A stretch of 33,675 bases of DNA. Source: a virus (taxonomy: Duplodnaviria; Caudoviricetes). Positions 17,260 to 25,306 of this stretch are shown one piece after another. The notes under the pieces were generated by a model. It was not told where the DNA came from and did not search any database. It saw only the letters and a list, made by a program, of their open reading frames with translations. Position numbers and translations under genes: made by a program. The stretch spans positions 1-33,675 of IMG/VR virus record IMGVR_UViG_3300020044_003982. One strand, written 5' to 3'. Each line of letters starts with the position of its first letter. Position 1 is the first letter of the stretch.

Positions 17260-18435
17260 CTAATCAGGCTGTCGTTCCTCGTCTCGCTGGATGTTGCGTA
17301 AGGCTGACAGTCCGATAGTTGCGCCTGCTGCTCCTGCCATCAGGTTAGCAGAGCCACGCTTGGCTGGGTCGAAGGCTGCGTTGACGGAGCGAATGTTGGC
17401 TGGGTCAAAAATAACTCGTTCTACTAGTTCGCGCTTTACCGGCATCATTCTGGCAATATCTTCGCCGAAGTAACGCACCACATCGTCTCGATTCATGCCA
17501 TTCTTCAAAGCTTCTTCAATCATGTTCCTTGGCATTACTGGTGTGTCAAGCTCTAGCGACCTTGACGCTATTGCCGTAAACAAATCGTCAGAAAGCCTTG
17601 AGTCTTTATCTAGCTTTATAGTGTCCTGATAGACATCTACAGAATCATGCCCTTTTGCCATTATTTCTCTTGTTTTTGCGTATCGCTCATCCATTGTCCC
17701 AAGCCTCATGCCACCCCCTTCGTTTACACGCCAGTCATACGGGTTTTCGGCTTTTAACAACACTTGCTGAACATTGGGAGACCGCCCAGCCACATATTGA
17801 TTTGCTATCTCCGGCTTTGGCGAAAAATAGAATCCCTTGCCAAACCAGCCATCATCTGTCTTGCCCATTTTTAACGGGTCAAATTCATCGAAAACTTCGC
17901 CGGAGCCGTGATAAGCAGTGGTATCAAACCCCATCGCCTTAGCCCTATCCATAGCCGTGTTATTAAGCGGCAACCCTAGCCCACCTTGCTCAACTGGCAA
18001 AGCCGCATTGCGCTGCGCTACTTCATGGGCTAGTTCATACTCTGTCTGCATCCTAGCTGCTTGGGACATATCCAGCCCCTCACGCACAGCCTTGCTCGCC
18101 ACATCCCCCACCACAGGCAACATCCCCAGAGCTGTCGCCCCGCCAAGCATTGCAGCAGTACCGTAGTTCCCACCCCTCGCAGCCTGCACAGTGTCAGTCA
18201 CGCCCACAGCCTCACCAACGCCTGGCACAAAGTCCACAGCACCCGTGAGCATATCAGCCATGCCAGCCCTGTATCGCTGTGTAGGAGTTCCGCCCATAGC
18301 TCGACCTCCTAGAAGGTCTGTGATGCCCGATCTCATCGTCTCCCTGAACGCAGGGTTGAACGGATTGTAGGAGCGTACAGCAGGCTCTGCTGACTGAGGA
18401 GTAAACTGTCTGAGTGCTGATTGCGGCATTGGCAT
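17260..18435 (-). CDS. Polymorphic-toxin-like protein: pre-toxin-TG-like segment plus ADP-ribosyltransferase (ART-PolyVal-like) domain
   Basis: DFVPGVGEAVG...LGMLPVVGD segment; AYHGS..FDEFD..GWFGKGFYFS..ANQY..GHDSV..ERVIFDPANIRSVNAAFDP. Confidence 0.8.
   Translation of the reverse strand: MPMPQSALRQFTPQSAEPAVRSYNPFNPAFRETMRSGITDLLGGRAMGGTPTQRYRAGMADMLTGAVDFVPGVGEAVGVTDTVQAARGGNYGTAAMLGGATALGMLPVVGDVASKAVREGLDMSQAARMQTEYELAHEVAQRNAALPVEQGGLGLPLNNTAMDRAKAMGFDTTAYHGSGEVFDEFDPLKMGKTDDGWFGKGFYFSPKPEIANQYVAGRSPNVQQVLLKAENPYDWRVNEGGGMRLGTMDERYAKTREIMAKGHDSVDVYQDTIKLDKDSRLSDDLFTAIASRSLELDTPVMPRNMIEEALKNGMNRDDVVRYFGEDIARMMPVKRELVERVIFDPANIRSVNAAFDPAKRGSANLMAGAAGATIGLSALRNIQRDEERQPD
18409..18429. repeat. 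21-bp direct repeat encoding MPQSALR (copy 1)
   Basis: TCTGAGTGCTGATTGCGGCAT identical to 20059-20079. Confidence 0.95.
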
Positions 18436-18464
18436 GAGTTACCTCAAAACTGCGTTGTTATTTG

Positions 18465-18473
18465 TGCTATAAT
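18465..18473 (+). promoter_or_regulatory. Extended -10 promoter (leaderless transcript)
   Basis: TGcTATAAT ends 6 nt before ATG at 18480; no SD. Confidence 0.75.
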
Positions 18474-18479
18474 CACGGC

Positions 18480-18665
18480 ATGAAAACTATTAAAGACAGA
18501 CCTATCACTGACCACTCGCTGTGGGTTGAAGTTATCACTGCTGATCCGGCATCTTGGGACGTAGGAACCCTCCGCGCACACCTTGATATTGAAGGCGTCA
18601 CAGGGAAGGCTCAAGAGCGCCTAGTCAAGGTAAGATTAGCCCTAGACGAACCATCTCGTCGATAG
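18480..18665 (+). CDS. Small antisense-oriented protein (61 aa), candidate immunity/antitoxin
   Basis: Fills the gap between the two toxin-like genes; has its own promoter; 41-nt convergent overlap with the 484-aa gene. Confidence 0.65.
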   Translation: MKTIKDRPITDHSLWVEVITADPASWDVGTLRAHLDIEGVTGKAQERLVKVRLALDEPSRR

Positions 18666-20079
18666 TGTCCCTTGTAAACACCCCCTGTCCTCCAGCCTTC
18701 AGCGTTGCCTGTATTGATGATCCAGCGCCGCTTCCGCCCCCAAAGTTTCCAAAGTCATAGCCCCGAAGGGCGCTTCTGGCTGCTCCTATACTTCTGCTGT
18801 CTCCTGATAGCAGGGCAGCGTCTAAATTCTGTTTTGCAATGTCTGCTCGCCTAGCCATCTCATCATAGAAGTTGACCTCTCCAAGCTGCCTACTTCCAAT
18901 TGACGGGTCTAGATTCAGAATGTTGAACCCTTCAGTTGATGCACCAAGCGGCCTTCCGAATTTTGCCGCCGCATATGCAGGGTGCGAACTGTCTCCAAAT
19001 ACTTTTTTCCCTTTAGCGTAAAAGTCAGGATTCATCAGGTAAAAAGAATTGACCGCTCCCCAAGGCGCATCCATTTGCTGCGGATCAGTAACGATGGCTC
19101 TGATCTGCGATATGCTCAATGCGCCAGCATCTCTGAATTCATCCAGAGCGTATAGAACCTCTTTACGCTTGCCGCCAATGGACTTGAGGTATTGCGGACT
19201 CGCATTATCGATACCAGGCCAATCTGGTATTGCCTCGTACTTTTTCCCTTTACCATTTCTAATTCTAAGGTCTAGGGCTTGCTTGTCTGCGCTGCTCAAT
19301 ACCTGCTGCGCGTAAGGGACAGCAATGTCCGCTGATTGCGTTGCGAAGTCAGAGCTAGAACCAGGGATCATTCCATGAGGAACAAATACAGCGCCATCTT
19401 TTCTTGGGCTTTTTTCTAGCGCAAGTTCTGCCCTGTTGAGCTGTCCAGCAACCGCCGTCTCTGCGGAAGAGAAAGCATGGCCTCTGCCTAGCTGCTCGTC
19501 TTGAAAGCCCCAGAAAGTACCGCCTCTCATCTCGGAGCTTACTGGAACCCCATCGACTGACTTCACAACATCTAATCCAGATCGACTGGTATCTGTAATC
19601 CCCGTGTAATACCCTCGGTCAATCAAGTCTTCGGCCCTAGCAATAGGAACTTGTCTCAGGGCTGGTTCGCTGAACTCTACAGACATTGAGTTGACAGAAT
19701 CTGCATCTCCAACTCTTGAGAGTATTGGCGAGTCTCTGGTCACCTGTGGTATTGGCCCCGCACCAACCTGCCTTACTTTCGCGGCATCCCTAATCGCTTT
19801 CGCTCCAGCAGCGCCAGTTATCCAAGGCAGCACGCCAACACCTGATAACAGATAGTTGCCCATCGTGCGCTCTTCAGGGTAAGCAGCGTACATGGCCGCA
19901 TCAGCAGCCAGCCCGGTGATGTCGCCAGCAATAGGCACAGCAGACATTGGGATTGACGCAGCGCCCAGAACGTCAGCAGTAGTCTGGCCTCTGGTCTTAG
20001 GCACGCGAACAGGTGCCGGTCCTTGTCCCATTCCCATCATGTAGGCTTGATCTAAGGCTCTGAGTGCTGATTGCGGCAT
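18625..20079 (-). CDS. Polymorphic-toxin-like protein (484 aa): pre-toxin-TG-like segment plus uncharacterised C-terminal domain
   Basis: Start MPQSALR at 20079 with GAGGAGG RBS; SAVPIAGDITGLAAD...VGVLPWI segment. Confidence 0.7.
   Translation of the reverse strand: MPQSALRALDQAYMMGMGQGPAPVRVPKTRGQTTADVLGAASIPMSAVPIAGDITGLAADAAMYAAYPEERTMGNYLLSGVGVLPWITGAAGAKAIRDAAKVRQVGAGPIPQVTRDSPILSRVGDADSVNSMSVEFSEPALRQVPIARAEDLIDRGYYTGITDTSRSGLDVVKSVDGVPVSSEMRGGTFWGFQDEQLGRGHAFSSAETAVAGQLNRAELALEKSPRKDGAVFVPHGMIPGSSSDFATQSADIAVPYAQQVLSSADKQALDLRIRNGKGKKYEAIPDWPGIDNASPQYLKSIGGKRKEVLYALDEFRDAGALSISQIRAIVTDPQQMDAPWGAVNSFYLMNPDFYAKGKKVFGDSSHPAYAAAKFGRPLGASTEGFNILNLDPSIGSRQLGEVNFYDEMARRADIAKQNLDAALLSGDSRSIGAARSALRGYDFGNFGGGSGAGSSIQATLKAGGQGVFTRDTIDEMVRLGLILP
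20059..20079. repeat. 21-bp direct repeat encoding MPQSALR (copy 2)
   Basis: Identical to 18409-18429. Confidence 0.95.
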
Positions 20080-20081
20080 GA

Positions 20082-20465
20082 TTAATCCTCCTCGCTTTCG
20101 TCTTCTCTTTCTTCCCACGCCTGACACACTCTCAGGTTATGACAGACGAACTCAAACTTCTCGCAGTAGCCTCGACCACCACCGTCAGCGTCATACTCAT
20201 CCTCTGGAACGACTTCTATATACTCCAGCTTTTCAGGGGAGTTTTTAAAGTATTCGCAGTTACCACACATCTGCCTGCGAGCCTCTACAGGCTTCACGCT
20301 CCAAGCCTTAGCCATCATGCGGTAGTAATCAGTGTTGTCGCTTGTGGTCTCTTCAGGACCGAAATTCCAGCTCTCAATCACATTGGCTCGATTCTCTCGA
20401 TTGATCTTCGCAGTGAAAGGCTCTTCCTGCTCGATGATAATGGTCATGCCCTCTAACGGATTCAT
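20082..20465 (-). CDS. Cys-motif hypothetical protein (possible metal/Fe-S binding)
   Basis: CGNC...GYC.KFEFVC...RVC.AW; ATGA-coupled to portal. Confidence 0.75.
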   Translation of the reverse strand: MNPLEGMTIIIEQEEPFTAKINRENRANVIESWNFGPEETTSDNTDYYRMMAKAWSVKPVEARRQMCGNCEYFKNSPEKLEYIEVVPEDEYDADGGGRGYCEKFEFVCHNLRVCQAWEEREDESEED

Positions 20466-22588
20466 ACCTGCCCCCTGAACGGATTAAGTGCGCTGACCAC
20501 TTTCATTTGGTTATCAATCTGCATCCCCTGTGTCTGGACGCTCTCTTTCTGAATCTTCGCACCCGCCTCTTGAGCCTTGATCTGGGTGTTCATGCGATTA
20601 GTCTGGGCGTTATATGTCTCCAACTGGAGTGACGCCTGATCTGCTTGGAGACCCAACTGCATCTTCTGGGCTTCAAGTTGAATCTTCGCTGTCTCCAACT
20701 GAAGTCTCTGGACCTCGACCTGCGCTCTCATCTGCTCTGCTTGAGCCTTCGCCATCTCAGCCTGAGCCAATACCATAGCAGGGTCTTGAGCCTGGCCCTG
20801 AGACTGTGCGCTCATCTGCTGCTGCTGCACTTCCTCTTCGGTCATCTGAGACTGTGGGATAAGACCCTGAGCCATCATCTGCAAACGCTTGCGCTCACCG
20901 ATCTGAGTTGCTGCACTGGTAGGAATTGCATTCAGGAGAATGTCGCCAGCCATCCCAACAATTGACGGATCGACCTTGGCAATCTCAATGATGGTCTCGA
21001 TGGTCTCCTGCTGACGGTTTCTAAATGACGGACCTGCTCGGCAGCTCACGCTGTACTGGCCCTTGCTCAAGTCATTCAGCGTAACAATCTCGCCTGACTG
21101 CTGGTCGATCACAGGCTCATTGAGAACCTGCATCTCAGTGCTTCCGTCCTCGTATAGCAGTCTGACTGTTCTTTGTGCGTCATAGACCTTGGGAATGGCT
21201 TTGATCAGGATTTCACCCGTTGCTGTAATCCCAGCCTCCAATGCTCGGAAGTATTTGATGGTCCCGTTGTCACCCTTGGACTGCAAACTCTCGATAGCCA
21301 CGCCAGACTGAAGACCTGGGTTGTCTCCCATACTCGCTGCGAACATTCCAGCCGTCTGGCCGATAAGCTGCCGCATTGACTCGGAGATGGTCCGCAGGCC
21401 CGGATTGACCTGAGCGCCACCCTGCTGCATCGGAGCGCCAGGGCTTTCTGGATCAGGGTTGTAGAACTGCACAGGATCAGAGTTGGTGTTCAACGTAGCC
21501 AAAGCATCTTCATGCCCAGCCGCTTGAGTCAGAGTCATCCAATACTTCGCCCGTGGAGCCAGAGCGCCTTCCTCGATCTCTCTGGAGAGTGAGTAGTTCA
21601 AGACTCGCTGCGGGTCCAATAGCTTCTCGACAACACCCCAGTATATCGTCTTGTTCTCGGTGATCTTGAAGTTGGCAAACACTGGGACGATTGGAATCCT
21701 GTCGAAGATGGTCTCTTCTTTGTCCTCAAGCCAATCGGTCTGGTCGAAGAATCGTGAGTAGACCTTGTTCTTATAAGCCTTTCTGGTTCTGACCTGCTCA
21801 ATGCCAAGCATGGTCAGCTCATCCATTACCTTCTTGAAGTCATCGTCGATAGTGTAGACAGAGCCGTTGGACATCAGGACAAGCTCACAGGCTTCCTGTT
21901 CAAGATAGAACAGCTGCCCGACAACAATCACCTGACCCTTGTCGTAGTATGCGTCACCCTCTCGGTCAATCGACACGGACGCCTGAGAGCCTTCAGGGTA
22001 GCGTTTGACGTACTCCTGAACTGACATTGCGTGAAGCAGGAAAGCATATTGAGCATCAGACTTATCCTGAAGGTAGGCAGCAGGATCAAACCAGACTCGA
22101 TCAATGAAGTTGGCAACAGTCTCAATCACCAAGTCTTGATCGAATGACTGCGGGTCTGAGTACTTGTGAGACACCATCCAGCCATCATACCCAGCAGTCG
22201 CCATGCCTCGACCTGCGTTGATGTAGATGTCCTTGGCTCGACTCATGGCCTCAATGTTTCTTACAAGGCCGTCAATGATGATTGCAGTCTCTTTGGACGC
22301 CTCCCCTGACATTGGGCTTACCTTGATGTCAAAAGCTGCCTGCTCGATCTCAGCGACCACCTGATCGACTATTGGGTTCACCATGTCGAATGTGTATCGA
22401 GGCTTACCGACATTGTTCGTCCACCAGTACGGTTCCCACTGGCCGTCACGCTTATCCACAAAGAGGTGCGCTTCTCTGGCCTTCTCACGGTTGTCGTGAT
22501 CAGCCTCTTGAGCAGCAGACAGAAGGTTGAGAATAGACTGATGACTCTCGAAGTCTATTTTGTAATCGGTGTCGGTTTTAGCCATCAT
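20462..22588 (-). CDS. Portal protein (P22 gp1 family)
   Basis: DGQW, RVWFDPAA, IPIVPV, DPQRVLNY, SGVAI, GPSF..RQQET motifs and a Gln-rich barrel C-terminus. Confidence 0.93.
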   Translation of the reverse strand: MMAKTDTDYKIDFESHQSILNLLSAAQEADHDNREKAREAHLFVDKRDGQWEPYWWTNNVGKPRYTFDMVNPIVDQVVAEIEQAAFDIKVSPMSGEASKETAIIIDGLVRNIEAMSRAKDIYINAGRGMATAGYDGWMVSHKYSDPQSFDQDLVIETVANFIDRVWFDPAAYLQDKSDAQYAFLLHAMSVQEYVKRYPEGSQASVSIDREGDAYYDKGQVIVVGQLFYLEQEACELVLMSNGSVYTIDDDFKKVMDELTMLGIEQVRTRKAYKNKVYSRFFDQTDWLEDKEETIFDRIPIVPVFANFKITENKTIYWGVVEKLLDPQRVLNYSLSREIEEGALAPRAKYWMTLTQAAGHEDALATLNTNSDPVQFYNPDPESPGAPMQQGGAQVNPGLRTISESMRQLIGQTAGMFAASMGDNPGLQSGVAIESLQSKGDNGTIKYFRALEAGITATGEILIKAIPKVYDAQRTVRLLYEDGSTEMQVLNEPVIDQQSGEIVTLNDLSKGQYSVSCRAGPSFRNRQQETIETIIEIAKVDPSIVGMAGDILLNAIPTSAATQIGERKRLQMMAQGLIPQSQMTEEEVQQQQMSAQSQGQAQDPAMVLAQAEMAKAQAEQMRAQVEVQRLQLETAKIQLEAQKMQLGLQADQASLQLETYNAQTNRMNTQIKAQEAGAKIQKESVQTQGMQIDNQMKVVSALNPFRGQV

Positions 22589-24006
22589 TGCCATCCTTTA
22601 AATTTGATCTGCTTGACCTGGGCCAGCTTGGGCTTGGGCCTGTACATTGCCATCATCAGCGCATCAGCCATGTTCGGGCTGGGTATCTCGTAGGGCTTCT
22701 TTGCCATCTCAATCTTGGACATGATCTGTATCTTGCCGCTGTTGGTCTTCTTGATGGGGATTCTGCACACCTCAGACCGGAGCTGGTCGATCTTCTCAAT
22801 CTTTGAGGACAGGCTAATCATATCATCTGGGTTGACGTACTCACCCTTACTGACAGCCCTGTGGGTAGCCTCAAACCTGTCTCGGAGCCTCCAATAATAC
22901 TGTGCCCGCTTGTTGGCAAAGGTCTCTCGATTGCTCTTTGCTCTTTGAGAGCCGCCATCAGAGTAGGGAGCTTCGGCATCCTCGGGAGACTCAGAACCCT
23001 TGTACATGACGTAATCGACCTTCTTACTCTCCAAGGCAGCGTCTACCTGTCGCTTGAGAGAAACGCCCAGGCCATCACAGTCCCATACAAAGTAATCCGC
23101 TCTATCAGCCAGCGCAAGGTCTAAGGCCCAGTCCATGCCGTCTGCTGCCTCGCCTGTGGTCTTCTCTGTGACGTTTAAGACCACGTTGCCATGTCTGACA
23201 GCGTAGCCCTTGGAGTCTCCACCAGTGTCACTGGGATCGTGTGAAGCAATGATGGCTCCCTCACCCTTCCAGCCTAGCTTCACATGAGAATCAATGGCCG
23301 ACTCAAACCAGTCCACAGGAATGATGCAGTCCTCGACCTCGTCGTAGAACTCACCAAGCCAGATGTGCCGGTAAAGAGCTGTAGACAAGTTTGCCTTGTC
23401 GTATGCCCTTTCCTGTTCAAGCACTGGCGGAAAGAACGGGTTGTCGGTGTAGTTGATCCAGATAATCAGGTGCAGGTCGTCTTCATAGTAGCCATTGGCT
23501 CGCAGCTCTTTCTCAAAGGGCTTGATAAACCTCTGGCTGAACGGGTCTGCAATACTTCTTGGGTTGGCCGTCATCCAGATTTCGGAGTCACTCTCACGAA
23601 GGGTTGGAGTCAGCGCCTTTAGACTGTCCTGGCTGATGGTCTGGGCCTCTTCAACCCAAAATCTCTTGAACCCATACATCGACTTGATGCCCTCTGGGTT
23701 TCGAGCCAATCCCCTGAACTTGAAAGCGTCATCACCCTTGAACTGGATGCTGTTAGCTTGAACAGTGAAGCCCTTCAGCTTAAGCCGATCTATCTCACCC
23801 GAAAGCAGGGAGAGCACCGAATCATCCATCGTGATCTGGTACTCTCGAAAGCAGGCCGTCTTGATACCCTTTGTCTGGGCATCCATCAAACAGATGTCTC
23901 CAACCGACTGGCTCTTACCTGATCCTCTTCCCCCTATGAGTATCTTGAACCTCTTGGGAGTAGTTATCAGTGGTCTCAGCCTGGCTGGAAGAGTCATCTC
24001 AGGCAT
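22585..24006 (-). CDS. terL: Terminase large subunit (PBSX/Sf6-like family)
   Basis: Walker A GGRGSGKS, Walker B FWVEEAQ, LTPTLR, HDPSD, SPNMADALMM. Confidence 0.97.
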   Translation of the reverse strand: MPEMTLPARLRPLITTPKRFKILIGGRGSGKSQSVGDICLMDAQTKGIKTACFREYQITMDDSVLSLLSGEIDRLKLKGFTVQANSIQFKGDDAFKFRGLARNPEGIKSMYGFKRFWVEEAQTISQDSLKALTPTLRESDSEIWMTANPRSIADPFSQRFIKPFEKELRANGYYEDDLHLIIWINYTDNPFFPPVLEQERAYDKANLSTALYRHIWLGEFYDEVEDCIIPVDWFESAIDSHVKLGWKGEGAIIASHDPSDTGGDSKGYAVRHGNVVLNVTEKTTGEAADGMDWALDLALADRADYFVWDCDGLGVSLKRQVDAALESKKVDYVMYKGSESPEDAEAPYSDGGSQRAKSNRETFANKRAQYYWRLRDRFEATHRAVSKGEYVNPDDMISLSSKIEKIDQLRSEVCRIPIKKTNSGKIQIMSKIEMAKKPYEIPSPNMADALMMAMYRPKPKLAQVKQIKFKGWQ

Positions 24007-24379
24007 TGACTAGCCTCACCGTCCAGTCGTGTTCTATCGGCCCACCATTCTCGCCCGTGTGTTCGTTCTGCACCCTCTCTGAGTACCCATGCTTAGTGAG
24101 TATCAGCTTTGCAATAGTGGGATTCAGATCACCTGTTAGAGAGCCGTTGAGCAGCCTTCTTTCTTGCGCCCTCAAGCATCTAGCAACGATGTCAGAAAAT
24201 TCTTTCTTTTCAGGGTCGTCGCACCAGTCGTATATGGTTTCCCGCGAGATACTTAGCTCAATAGCCAGTCCCGCCATCTGGGGTATAACATCCCCACAGG
24301 CAAGATAACCACCGTCAACGTAGGCTCTGGCCTTTGCCACTATTTCATCGTTGTACTTGCTGGGTCTGCCCGCTGGCAT
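23999..24379 (-). CDS. terS: Terminase small subunit
   Basis: GRPSKY, PQMAGLAIELSISRETIYDW HTH, EHTGENGGPI; upstream of terL. Confidence 0.9.
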   Translation of the reverse strand: MPAGRPSKYNDEIVAKARAYVDGGYLACGDVIPQMAGLAIELSISRETIYDWCDDPEKKEFSDIVARCLRAQERRLLNGSLTGDLNPTIAKLILTKHGYSERVQNEHTGENGGPIEHDWTVRLVNA

Positions 24380-24519
24380 TACTCATACCTCACTGGCTTG
24401 GACTTCTTAGCCATCGACAGAGCAATAGCTATTGCCTGCTTCTGAGGCTTGCCAGACTTCATCTCGGTCTTGATGTTAGCTGAGACAGTCTTCTTACCGT
24501 ACCCTTTTTTCAGTGGCAT
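24379..24519 (-). CDS. Small basic protein (46 aa, DUF6496-like; not in ORF track)
   Basis: MPLKKGYGKKTVSANIKTEMKSGKPQKQAIAIALSMAKK; AGGAG RBS; TAATG coupling to terS. Confidence 0.85.
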   Translation of the reverse strand: MPLKKGYGKKTVSANIKTEMKSGKPQKQAIAIALSMAKKSKPVRYE

Positions 24520-24550
24520 AGTGGCTCCTGAGAGCAATTGATTTACAGGG

Positions 24551-24579
24551 ATTATACACCATTGAAAATATTTTAAAAA
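24551..24579 (-). promoter_or_regulatory. Probable promoter of the packaging/late operon
   Basis: Perfect TATAAT (24551-24556) with AT-rich upstream region; flanked by the AGAGCAAT/ATTGCTCT inverted repeat. Confidence 0.55.
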
Positions 24580-24595
24580 AGATTGCTCTACCCTC

Positions 24596-24623
24596 TTGCG
24601 TATACAACCAGATGTTGTATTAT
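24596..24623 (+). promoter_or_regulatory. Sigma70 promoter with palindromic operator
   Basis: TTGCGT-N16-TATTAT; ATACAAC-N5-GTTGTAT palindrome at 24602-24620. Confidence 0.7.
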
Positions 24624-24671
24624 ATCTCCCATGCCAGCAATAAAGCGGGCCAACAAATAAGGGGATACAGA

Positions 24672-24890
24672 ATGAGCACCGTAATCACAACACAGCAAGT
24701 AAACTCATTTAAAAGCCGTATTTATAGCCTTGAAAAATTAGGAGCAACAAAATCTGTTGCAAAAGTAAAAGCAGAGGCTCTTTACGCAATCCAACAAACC
24801 GAAGAGATCAACCGACAGTGGGTTGCTGACCAGTGGTTTGGCCGATGTGCAAACCGTTCTTTTGAAGAAGTTTTGAAGGCTTTAGTTTAA
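24672..24890 (+). CDS. Hypothetical protein (72 aa)
   Basis: AAGGGGA RBS before ATG at 24672. Confidence 0.75.
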   Translation: MSTVITTQQVNSFKSRIYSLEKLGATKSVAKVKAEALYAIQQTEEINRQWVADQWFGRCANRSFEEVLKALV

Positions 24891-24928
24891 CAACCCCCGC
24901 CAAGGATGGCGCAAATAGGAGAATCACC

Positions 24929-25111
24929 ATGATTATCAGGACATACGAAGACGCTTTGCTTGCGATAGCTCTGAAGCTTCCACACTCAGAAATTGAGTTC
25001 CCAGAGGTTGATATGGCTATCAAGCCAACCAACTACCTCAAAAGCCCAGTGCCATCATCGCGCATAGAAGGAGCAATTCTAAACCGCCAGGCTCACATCC
25101 ACTTTGAATAA
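24929..25111 (+). CDS. Hypothetical protein (60 aa)
   Basis: AGGAG RBS; second gene of the inverted unit. Confidence 0.65.
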   Translation: MIIRTYEDALLAIALKLPHSEIEFPEVDMAIKPTNYLKSPVPSSRIEGAILNRQAHIHFE

Positions 25112-25116
25112 AGAAC

Positions 25117-25137
25117 TGCCAGCTCAATAGGCTGGCA
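25117..25137. terminator. Hairpin at convergence of the inverted unit and the nin arm
   Basis: TGCCAGC-N7-GCTGGCA; weak U tract. Confidence 0.4.
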
Positions 25138-25306
25138 CCTTCCCCCTACCCTCCACGCACATCTCGCCTTCGTGGAGGTCTACAGGGCATTTGCACTTTG
25201 GATAAGTACACTTGGGCTTGAATATCTTGTCCCAGTTATCCTTCCCCTGCTTAGACAAGACCCTCGACTTGATCTCATCTCCTGTGATTTCGTTTTGAGT
25301 AGCCAT
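25124..25306 (-). CDS. Hypothetical protein
   Basis: ITGDEIKS...DNWDKIF motif; GGAGGAG RBS; coupled to the upstream gene. Confidence 0.7.
   Translation of the reverse strand: MATQNEITGDEIKSRVLSKQGKDNWDKIFKPKCTYPKCKCPVDLHEGEMCVEGRGKVPAY

Noticed and set aside
20080-20127. Track start MSGVGRKRRRKRGG for the 500-aa ORF
   Set aside because: It overlaps the upstream gene; GAGGAGG sits 7 nt before the ATG at 20079, which matches the paralog's start.
24612-24671. Upstream start of the 92-aa ORF
   Set aside because: It lies within the promoter; a strong SD precedes ATG 24672.
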